DNA of 64,000 nucleotides, from contig CACHUN010000004.1 of assembly GCA_902583075.1 (NCBI GenBank), forward strand, positions 8,680 to 72,679, in the 5' to 3' direction. This stretch comes from an uncultured Pelagibacteraceae bacterium. GTDB taxonomy: Bacteria > Pseudomonadota > Alphaproteobacteria > Pelagibacterales > Pelagibacteraceae. Of the stretch, positions 20,294 through 28,008 are shown piece after piece; the stretch's first letter is position 1, and the number at the start of each line of letters is the position of its first letter. A model generated the notes under the pieces. That model did no database searches, was not told where the DNA came from, and saw only the letters and a program-made list of their open reading frames with translations. The translations under genes and the position numbers were made by a program.

Positions 20294-21223
20294 ATGAATA
20301 AAAAAAACGTATTAACTGTTAAAAACTTGAATAAAGTCTATTCAAAAAACGGTTCTGAACAAACGCATGCGCTTAATAATTTAAACTTAGAAGTGAAAGA
20401 AGGTGAAATTTTTGGTCTATTAGGGCCAAATGGAGCCGGAAAGAGCACATTTATTAACATATTAGGTGGATCAGTTGTAAAAACTGGTGGTGAAGTAAAT
20501 GTTTGGGGGTTTAACTTAGATAAAAATCCTAGACAAGTTAGAGCCTCTATTGGAATTGTTCCACAAGAGGTAAACTTTGATCCATTTTTTAGTCCTAGAA
20601 AACTTTTAGAGCTTCAAGCAGGGCTATATGGAATTAGAGAAAAAGATAGAATTACAGATACAATATTGAAGTTAGTATCATTAGAAGAACAAGCTGACAG
20701 TTATGCTAGAGCCTTATCTGGTGGTATGAAGAGGAGATTACTTGTAGCAAAAGCGATGGTGCATCAACCTCCAATTATAATTTTGGACGAGCCTACCGCA
20801 GGAGTTGATGTGGAGCTTAGAAATACATTATGGGAAAATGTGAAATCTTTGAACAAACAAGGGGTAACAACAATACTAACAACTCATTACCTTGAGGAGG
20901 CGGAAAAAATGTGTGATAGGATTGGTATTCTAAGTGGAGGAAAATTAGTTGCTTTAGATACAACTAAAAATCTCTTAAAAAAAATTCAAACAAAAATTGT
21001 GTATGTCACCACAGATAAAAAAACTAATATTCAAGATAACACTTTTGAATCACTAAAAGTTATATCAAATGACGAAAACAAGTTAGTTTTATCATATGAG
21101 AAGAGTAAACTGAGCATAGATTCAATAATTTCAGAAATAAAAAAACAAGATATAAGAATAGAAGATATTTCAACTGATGATGGCGATCTTGAAGATGTAT
21201 TTTTAAGACTTACAAAAAATTAA
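20294..21223 (+). CDS. ABC-2 type transporter ATP-binding protein (YadG-like)
   Basis: GPNGAGKST, LSGGMKRR, LDEPTAGVD, TTHYLEE and LEDVF motifs. Confidence 0.9.
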   Translation: MNKKNVLTVKNLNKVYSKNGSEQTHALNNLNLEVKEGEIFGLLGPNGAGKSTFINILGGSVVKTGGEVNVWGFNLDKNPRQVRASIGIVPQEVNFDPFFSPRKLLELQAGLYGIREKDRITDTILKLVSLEEQADSYARALSGGMKRRLLVAKAMVHQPPIIILDEPTAGVDVELRNTLWENVKSLNKQGVTTILTTHYLEEAEKMCDRIGILSGGKLVALDTTKNLLKKIQTKIVYVTTDKKTNIQDNTFESLKVISNDENKLVLSYEKSKLSIDSIISEIKKQDIRIEDISTDDGDLEDVFLRLTKN

Positions 21224-21224
21224 A

Positions 21225-21788
21225 TTATCTAGGAGATCTTTTAGACAGTATCCTTTGAAGAGTTCTTCTATGCATTTTTAGTCTTCTTGCAGTTTCAGAT
21301 ACATTTCTGTTACATAACTCAAAAACTCTGTGTATGTGCTCCCATTTTACTCTATCTGCTGACATTGGGTTTTCAGGTGGGGCTGGTTTTTGATTTGGAT
21401 CAGCTAAAAGTGCCTTTTCAACATCATCTGCATCCGCTGGCTTAGCAATATAGTCAATTGCTCCCTCTTTAATTGCAGCAACTGCTGTTGGGATATTACC
21501 ATATCCCGTTAACATAATAATTCTACTTTTAATGTTACCCTTTTGAATTTCTTTTACTACCTCTAGTCCATTACCATCATTTAATCTAAGATCCACTACA
21601 GCAAATGCTGGACTTTGTGATTTTACAGTCTCAATACCAATTTTTACACTCTCAGCTTGTGTAACTGTAAAACCTTTTTTTTCCATAGCTCTAGCCAATC
21701 TTTGTCTAAATGGATTGTCATCGTCTACGATCAAAAGCGATTTATCCTCAAAATCACTTAATTTTTGGAGTGTTGGTTGGTTAATCAT
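21225..21788 (-). CDS. regA: Redox response regulator RegA/PrrA/ActR
   Basis: LTGYGNIPTAV, PPENPMSADRVKWEHI and NVSETARRL.MHRRTLQRIL.KR motifs. Confidence 0.96.
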   Translation of the reverse strand: MINQPTLQKLSDFEDKSLLIVDDDNPFRQRLARAMEKKGFTVTQAESVKIGIETVKSQSPAFAVVDLRLNDGNGLEVVKEIQKGNIKSRIIMLTGYGNIPTAVAAIKEGAIDYIAKPADADDVEKALLADPNQKPAPPENPMSADRVKWEHIHRVFELCNRNVSETARRLKMHRRTLQRILSKRSPR

Positions 21789-21856
21789 AGCCCTTATATG
21801 GAAGTAAATTTTAATATTTCAATAGCATTATTTACTTTACATTATTAATTATTTCC

Positions 21857-21875
21857 CATAAATGCTGCATTTATG
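21857..21875. promoter_or_regulatory. Perfect 9-1-9 inverted repeat, candidate operator over the putative -10 of the polyamine operon
   Basis: CATAAATGC-T-GCATTTATG, with TTTACA at 21836-21841 lying 17 bp upstream of TAAATG. Confidence 0.45.
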
Positions 21876-21907
21876 AAACTTGCATAAGTGATATGCAGGT
21901 TTTTTTT
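21876..21907 (+). terminator. Terminator-like hairpin in the 5' leader of the polyamine operon (candidate attenuator)
   Basis: AAACTTGCATA-AGTGA-TATGCAGGTTT (11 bp with one G-U pair) running into T8, located between divergent genes. Confidence 0.5.
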
Positions 21908-21932
21908 GTAAATTTTTTTTAGAGGTGCAGAT

Positions 21933-23111
21933 ATGCAAAAATTTAAGTCAGTTGAGGAATTAATTAATCAACTGAGACCTACAGGACCTGTTTATTGTAT
22001 TAGAAAACAGTCAATTAAATTGGCTTCTAATTACTTTCAAAAAAATTTTCCTGGAAAAATACTTTATGCGTTAAAAACTAACCCTCATCCAGTAGTTCTA
22101 AAAACTATAGTTGAAAGTGGTATTAATCGTTTTGACGTAGCATCTATAAAAGAAATAGAGGCCATAAGAAAAATAAGTCCAAATGCGAATTGTTCTTATA
22201 TGCATACGGTCAAAAGTAGAGAAAGCATTAAAGAGGCATATTTTAGATATAATGTTAAGGCCTTTTCTTTGGATACTAAAGATGAATTAATAAAAATTTT
22301 AGAAAGTACAAATTATGCGAAAGACTTAGAGTTATTTGTTAGAGTTTCTGTGTCTAATGAACATGCAGAGATTGATTTATCAAAAAAATTTGGGGCCATT
22401 AATTCTGAGGCAACTGGATTACTTAGATTAACAAAACAATATTCTAAAAAAATTGGACTTAGTTTTCATGTTGGTTCACAATGTATGCACCCAATATCTT
22501 ATTCAAAAGGAATATTTGAAATCAGTAATATAATTAAAAAAACAAAAATTATTCCAGATGTAATTAATGTTGGAGGTGGCTTTCCAACTATTTACCCTGA
22601 TCTTATTCCTCAATCTTTAGATGCTTATTTTAATGAAATTAAAAAAGCTTTGAATAATTTAAAATTGGATAAGCTTCCAGAAATTATTTGTGAGCCTGGA
22701 AGAGCGATTGTTGCAGAAAGTGGCTCAACGATTGTAAGAGTTGATTTAAGAAAAAAACAGAAACTTTATATAAATGATGGAACTTATGGAACTTTGTTTG
22801 ACGCAGGTGTTCCTAACATTGTTTACCCATCAAAAATGATAACTAATGGAAGAGTAATCTCCAAGAAATTAACATCTTTCGATTTCTACGGCCCAACTTG
22901 TGATAGCATGGATTATATGAAAGGTCCTTTTGTTTTACCAAATAATATAAAAGAAAATGATTATATAGAATTAGGACAGCTTGGAGCGTATGGATTAACT
23001 TTTAGAACTAATTTTAATGGATTTTACTCAGATGACATTTATGAAGTTGAGGATAATCCAATCATGACGATGTATGACAAAGAAGCAAATAAAGATTTTC
23101 TTGTTGCTTAA
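21933..23111 (+). CDS. Fold-type III (alanine racemase fold) PLP-dependent ornithine-decarboxylase homolog, probably an arginine decarboxylase
   Basis: YALKTNP (PLP Lys), FHVGSQ, NVGGGFP, EPGR, GPTCDS and GAYG motifs. Substrate inferred from the neighbouring agmatine-pathway genes. Confidence 0.85.
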   Translation: MQKFKSVEELINQLRPTGPVYCIRKQSIKLASNYFQKNFPGKILYALKTNPHPVVLKTIVESGINRFDVASIKEIEAIRKISPNANCSYMHTVKSRESIKEAYFRYNVKAFSLDTKDELIKILESTNYAKDLELFVRVSVSNEHAEIDLSKKFGAINSEATGLLRLTKQYSKKIGLSFHVGSQCMHPISYSKGIFEISNIIKKTKIIPDVINVGGGFPTIYPDLIPQSLDAYFNEIKKALNNLKLDKLPEIICEPGRAIVAESGSTIVRVDLRKKQKLYINDGTYGTLFDAGVPNIVYPSKMITNGRVISKKLTSFDFYGPTCDSMDYMKGPFVLPNNIKENDYIELGQLGAYGLTFRTNFNGFYSDDIYEVEDNPIMTMYDKEANKDFLVA

Positions 23112-24151
23112 TGTCAGATAATAAAAACCAATCAAGTAATAGAAAAAGTGATTTACTAAGTAAAGAGGTAGAGCATATTGATATAACTTCTTTTGACGCC
23201 AGAAAAATCGTCTCTTCAATGGAAAAAATGTCTTTCGTTTCAAGAGAGACTGCAAATGCTGCAAATATTTATAATGAGATGATAAAAGATAAAGATTGTA
23301 CAATATTTTTAACACTCGCAGGATCAACTTCTGCTGCTGGATGTATGCATATTTATAGAGATTTAGTTAAATATAATATGGTTGATGCAATAGTAGCAAC
23401 TGGGGCTTCAATTATTGATATGGATTTCTTTGAGGCACTTGGTTTTAAGCATTATCAGGGATCACAGTATCAAGATGATACAGAGTTAAGAAATAACTAC
23501 GTTGATAGAATATATGATACTTACATTGATGAAGAAGAGCTCCAAATGTGCGATAAAACTATTGGAGAAATTGCAGATCAATTAGAACCCAAAAGTTATA
23601 CATCAAGAGAATTTATAAAAGAGATTGGCAAATATCTTAAAACAAATGCGAAGAAAAAAGATTCATTGATAGAGGTTGCCTATGACAACGATGTTCCAAT
23701 TTTCTGTCCAGCGTTTACTGACTCAAGCGCGGGATTTGGACTTGTAATGCATCAAGAAAGAAATCCAAAAAATCATATCACAATTGACTCAATCCGAGAA
23801 TTTAGAGAATTAACAGAAATTAAAATTAAATCTAAAGGATCCGGCCTTTTTATGATTGGAGGAGGTGTGCCGAAAAATTTTATTCAAGATACTGTTATAT
23901 GTGCTGAACTTTTAGGTAAAGATGTAGATATGCACAAATATGCTATTCAAATAACAGTCGCTGATTCCAGAGATGGAGCCTGCAGTAGCTCAACATTAAA
24001 AGAGGCAAGCTCATGGGGCAAAGTAGATATTACAAAGGAGCAAATGGTTTTTGCAGAAGCAACAAGTGTGCTACCCTTAATAGCAAGTGACGCTTATCAC
24101 AAAGGTGAATGGAAAAATAGAGAAAGAAAAAATTTTTCCAAGATATTTTGA
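23111..24151 (+). CDS. Deoxyhypusine synthase-like protein (SpeY / homospermidine biosynthesis)
   Basis: RIYD, PIFCPAFTDSSAG, IGGGVPKNF, DSRDGACS and EASSWGK (catalytic Lys) motifs. Confidence 0.9.
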   Translation: MSDNKNQSSNRKSDLLSKEVEHIDITSFDARKIVSSMEKMSFVSRETANAANIYNEMIKDKDCTIFLTLAGSTSAAGCMHIYRDLVKYNMVDAIVATGASIIDMDFFEALGFKHYQGSQYQDDTELRNNYVDRIYDTYIDEEELQMCDKTIGEIADQLEPKSYTSREFIKEIGKYLKTNAKKKDSLIEVAYDNDVPIFCPAFTDSSAGFGLVMHQERNPKNHITIDSIREFRELTEIKIKSKGSGLFMIGGGVPKNFIQDTVICAELLGKDVDMHKYAIQITVADSRDGACSSSTLKEASSWGKVDITKEQMVFAEATSVLPLIASDAYHKGEWKNRERKNFSKIF

Positions 24152-24154
24152 TTA

Positions 24155-25036
24155 ATGATCAAAAAAATCAAAATCGGTTTAATACAAAGTAAATCTTTAG
24201 GTTCAATCCAATCTAATATTGATTTAGCTATAAAAAATATTAAAAAAGCTGCAAGGAAAAAGGCAAAGATAATTTGTCTTCCTGAGCTATTTTTAACAAA
24301 TTATTTTTGCCAAACAGAAAGTCATTCAAATTTTAAATTAGCAGAAAAAATTCCAGGAAAAATCTCTGGAATATTTTGTGATTTAGCAAAGGAGCTTGGT
24401 GTTGTATTGAATATTACTATGTTCGAAAAAAAAACATCTGGATTTTATCATAACACTAGTATCATTATTAATGAAAATGGTAATATTCTATCTAAATATC
24501 GTAAGATGCATATACCTGATGACCCGGGCTATTATGAAAAATTTTATTTCAGTCCTGGAGACCTAGGTTTCAAAAGTGTGAAAACTAAATTTGGCAAGAT
24601 AGGTCCTCTTATATGTTGGGATCAATGGTTCCCCGAAGCAGCAAGATTAACAGCTTTAAAAGGGGCTCAAATTATTTTTTATCCTACTGCTATTGGTTGG
24701 CACCCAAAAGAAAAAAAGAAATTTGGAAAATCTCAATTAGAATCTTGGATAACAATGCAAAAATCTCATGCTATTGCTAATGGAACTTATGTGGCTGCTA
24801 TAAATAGAGTTGGTGTTGAAAAAAAAGGAAAAAAAAAAATTGAATTTTGGGGTAATTCAATGATGATAGATCCTAGTGGTAAAATAATTGCAAAAGCAGG
24901 AAATAAAAAAGAAGATATTTTAGTTTGTGAAGTAGATTATAAAAAAATAGATACTGCTAGACAGCACTGGCCTTTTTTAAGAGACCGAAGAACTGAATTT
25001 TATAGAGATATTCTCAAAAATCCTAAAGATGAGTAA
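24155..25036 (+). CDS. aguB: N-carbamoylputrescine amidase (nitrilase superfamily)
   Basis: LPELF, YRKMHIPDDPGYYEKFYF, ICWDQWFPE, YPTAIG and FLRDRR motifs. Confidence 0.88.
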   Translation: MIKKIKIGLIQSKSLGSIQSNIDLAIKNIKKAARKKAKIICLPELFLTNYFCQTESHSNFKLAEKIPGKISGIFCDLAKELGVVLNITMFEKKTSGFYHNTSIIINENGNILSKYRKMHIPDDPGYYEKFYFSPGDLGFKSVKTKFGKIGPLICWDQWFPEAARLTALKGAQIIFYPTAIGWHPKEKKKFGKSQLESWITMQKSHAIANGTYVAAINRVGVEKKGKKKIEFWGNSMMIDPSGKIIAKAGNKKEDILVCEVDYKKIDTARQHWPFLRDRRTEFYRDILKNPKDE

Positions 25037-26093
25037 AAAAATTGATGAATTTAGAATGCCAGCAGAATGGGAGCCTCAAAAATCAGTTTGGATGTCGTGG
25101 CCTCATAATAAAAATGATTGGCCTGGATTATTTGAAAAAATTCCAAATGTAGTTGGAAAAATAATAAAATATCTAACAAAACATCAAAAGGTAGATTTAT
25201 TAGTCAATAATACCAAAAGTATTGGTGTCACAAGAATATATTTAAAAAAAATAGGTTGTAATATATCCAACATTAAATTTCATAAACTTAAAACAGACAG
25301 ACTTTGGTTAAGAGATTCTGGGCCAATATTTTTAGTCAACAAAAAAAAAAGAAAAAAGACAATACTTGATTTTAAATTCAATGCCTGGTCAAAATATAAA
25401 AATTTCAAAAATGATAACAAAATCAATAGCCTTATTAGTAAATATTTGAATATTAAAAGTATTTTACCTAAAAAAGTAAATTCAAAAAAATTTGTAAGAG
25501 TAGTGATGGAAGGAGGTGCATTTGATAACAATGGATCAGGCTCTATATTGCTTACAAAGGAGTGCTTATTAAGTACTAAACAAGAGAGAAATAAAGGATT
25601 CAAAAAAATTGATTACGAAAATCTATTTTCAAAATATTTAAATGCAAAAAATTTTATTTGGCTTAATAAAGGAATTGTTGGAGATGACACTCACGGTCAT
25701 ATTGATGATATTGCAAGATTTGTTTCTAAAAGTACAATTATGATAGCTATAGAAAACAATAAATCAGATAAAAATTATAAAGCTCTTAAAGAAAATTTAA
25801 AAATATTGAGTAAAAGTTACGACGAAAATGGAAAAAAATTAAAAATTATAAAGATTCCTATGCCAAGCCCAGTTGTCATAGACAAAACTCGTGTGCCAGC
25901 AAGTTATTTAAATTTTTTCATAAGTAATAAAACAGTCTTGGTTCCAGTATTTAAAGTGAAAGAAGACAAAAAGGTTTTAAAAATTTTTAAAAAATTTTTT
26001 ACAAATAGAGAAGTTATTGGTATTGATTGTAGTGATTTGATTTGGGGTTTTGGAGCTATTCATTGCATAACGCAACAAGAGCCAAAAATTTGA
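25029..26093 (+). CDS. aguA: Agmatine deiminase
   Basis: RMPAEWE, WLRDSGP, FNAW, EGG, DDTHGHID, ASYLNF and GAIHCITQQ motifs. Confidence 0.92.
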   Translation: MSKKIDEFRMPAEWEPQKSVWMSWPHNKNDWPGLFEKIPNVVGKIIKYLTKHQKVDLLVNNTKSIGVTRIYLKKIGCNISNIKFHKLKTDRLWLRDSGPIFLVNKKKRKKTILDFKFNAWSKYKNFKNDNKINSLISKYLNIKSILPKKVNSKKFVRVVMEGGAFDNNGSGSILLTKECLLSTKQERNKGFKKIDYENLFSKYLNAKNFIWLNKGIVGDDTHGHIDDIARFVSKSTIMIAIENNKSDKNYKALKENLKILSKSYDENGKKLKIIKIPMPSPVVIDKTRVPASYLNFFISNKTVLVPVFKVKEDKKVLKIFKKFFTNREVIGIDCSDLIWGFGAIHCITQQEPKI

Positions 26094-26094
26094 G

Positions 26095-26643
26095 TTAAGC
26101 AGCTTTTAAGGTACCTAATAATAATCTAAAAGGTATCAACATTACTAAAGCTACAAAAATCTTTACTGCTAAATCTCCTAAAGACAGTGTTACCCAAGGT
26201 ATTCCTGTTCCATAAAATGAAATCGAAAAGAATAAAAATGTATCAACAGTAGAACCAATTAATGAAGAGGCAAGTGGCGCAATAAACCATTTTTTTTGTC
26301 TCAATTGATCAAATATTTGTACATCCAATAATTGAGCAATAATAAATGCTGTTCCTGAACCAATTGCTATTCTTACTGAGATTAGATCAGCAAAATTTGT
26401 TGAGAAAATTAGTGTAAACAAAATACCTATTGTAAATCCTATATATACAATTTTTCTAGCAACTAATTTACCAAAAGATCTATTTGCTAGATCAGTTATT
26501 AAAAAAGCTATTGGATAACTAAATGCTCCATATGTAAGAATTTCTTGAAGACCATAATATTGAATTGGAAATTGGACTAAATAATTAGACGCTAAAACAA
26601 CCAATCCCATTAAAAATGAGAGTGTTAAAAATACTTTATTCAT
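26095..26643 (-). CDS. Queuosine precursor transporter (YhhQ/VUT family)
   Basis: ASNYLV, TYGAFSYP..FLITD, AQLLDV.IF and VDTFLFF motifs. Confidence 0.85.
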   Translation of the reverse strand: MNKVFLTLSFLMGLVVLASNYLVQFPIQYYGLQEILTYGAFSYPIAFLITDLANRSFGKLVARKIVYIGFTIGILFTLIFSTNFADLISVRIAIGSGTAFIIAQLLDVQIFDQLRQKKWFIAPLASSLIGSTVDTFLFFSISFYGTGIPWVTLSLGDLAVKIFVALVMLIPFRLLLGTLKAA

Positions 26644-26924
26644 TATGCAGATTTACTTACTAAGGATTTTTTTAATTTTTTTAGTCTTAATGATAAATCT
26701 CTAGACTTGGCTGAAATAAGAAATTGATCAAAACTACCTTTTTTATCTACTGATCTAACCCCGGCATTTGATACGGTTAATCTTAAACTTCTCTTTAGTA
26801 GTTCACTTTTAAATTTAACTTTTTTTAAATTTGGAAGAAATCTTCTTTTAGTCTTATTGTTAGCATGACTAACGTTATGACCCTTAAGTGGGATTTTTCC
26901 AGTAAGTTCACATTTTTTAGACAT
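26643..26924 (-). CDS. rpmB: 50S ribosomal protein L28
   Basis: [10 protein letters not shown]...[19 protein letters not shown]. Confidence 0.97.
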   Translation of the reverse strand: MSKKCELTGKIPLKGHNVSHANNKTKRRFLPNLKKVKFKSELLKRSLRLTVSNAGVRSVDKKGSFDQFLISAKSRDLSLRLKKLKKSLVSKSA

Positions 26925-26936
26925 AAATTATGAACT

Positions 26937-26965
26937 TGTATAGGATCTGAATCTTATCGCGTCAA
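26937..26965 (-). promoter_or_regulatory. Putative sigma70 promoter of rpmB-yhhQ
   Basis: TTGACG-N17-TATACA, 12 nt before the ATG. Confidence 0.6.
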
Positions 26966-26967
26966 GA

Positions 26968-28008
26968 TTAATTTTTAGTTCCAACGGCCTCTGAAACATT
27001 TTTAAACCCCTTATCTTTTAATAAATCAATTAATTCTGTACTTATTTTTGAAGCTATACGAGGACCTCTATAAACCATTCCAGTATACAATTGAACGAGT
27101 GTTGCACCAGAAATGATTTTTTGAAAAGCATCTTGTCCATTACTAACACCCCCCACTCCTATTATTTTTGTTTTATCTTTTAGAATTTTATAAAATTTAG
27201 AAATTGCCTCGTTTGAAATCTTTTCAATTGGTTTGCCTGAAAGTCCACCCTTTTCTAATTTATTTATATTTTTTAAATTTTCTCTATTCTTATCTGTGGT
27301 ATTCGAAACAATAATAATTTCTATCTCTTGTTCCATAATGATCCTGGATACTTCATTAATTTGATCATCATTAAGATCAGGTGAAACTTTTATTGCTAAT
27401 GGAATGTTTGAATTCAATTTTTTTTTTTCATTTTTTAGTTTGTCAATCAGTAAATTGAGTTCATCTTGGTTATGAAAGTCTCTTAAATTTTCTGTATTGG
27501 GTGAGGAAATATTTATAGTTATATAATCAGCTAAATTATAAAATTTACGAAAACAAATTAAATAATCATCAATTCTATTAGTAGAGTCTTTATTTGGTCC
27601 AATATTTATTCCTAAAAAACCCTTTTTATTATTTTCCTTAATTGTCTGACTAATTTGTTCTGAACCAGAATTGTTAAAACCTAATCTATTTATAAGAGCT
27701 TCATCTTCCTCAAGTCTAAAAACTCTTGGTTTAGGGTTACCAAATTGAGGCTTTGGAGTAATTGTACCTACTTCAACAAAACCAAATCCAAGATTAAACA
27801 GTGGATTATATACTTCAGCATTTTTATCAAAACCAGCAGCAACACCAATTGGTGAAGATAATTTTTTTTCACAAAAAGTTGTTTCTAAAATATGATTATC
27901 TTTAGGTTTTGAGTAAGGAATATTATTTAACTTTAGCGCTTTTATTGCTAAAGAGTGAGCTACTTCAGGGCTAAATTTAAAAATTAATGGTCTTAAAATA
28001 TTAAACAT
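26968..28008 (-). CDS. pyrD: Dihydroorotate dehydrogenase (quinone, class 2)
   Basis: AAGFDKN, GNPKPRVFRL, INRLGFNN, NISSPNT and GGLSG motifs. Confidence 0.96.
   Translation of the reverse strand: MFNILRPLIFKFSPEVAHSLAIKALKLNNIPYSKPKDNHILETTFCEKKLSSPIGVAAGFDKNAEVYNPLFNLGFGFVEVGTITPKPQFGNPKPRVFRLEEDEALINRLGFNNSGSEQISQTIKENNKKGFLGINIGPNKDSTNRIDDYLICFRKFYNLADYITINISSPNTENLRDFHNQDELNLLIDKLKNEKKKLNSNIPLAIKVSPDLNDDQINEVSRIIMEQEIEIIIVSNTTDKNRENLKNINKLEKGGLSGKPIEKISNEAISKFYKILKDKTKIIGVGGVSNGQDAFQKIISGATLVQLYTGMVYRGPRIASKISTELIDLLKDKGFKNVSEAVGTKN

Noticed and set aside
21893-21922. Second mini-ORF MQVFFVNFF* in the polyamine leader as a Phe-sensing leader peptide
   Set aside because: The Phe codons come from T-runs expected of a terminator tail in AT-rich DNA, there is no SD, and Phe has no clear link to the operon.
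23111-24151. True deoxyhypusine synthase modifying eIF5A or EF-P
   Set aside because: Bacterial context with no eIF5A or efp neighbour; the polyamine gene neighbourhood points to small-molecule synthesis.
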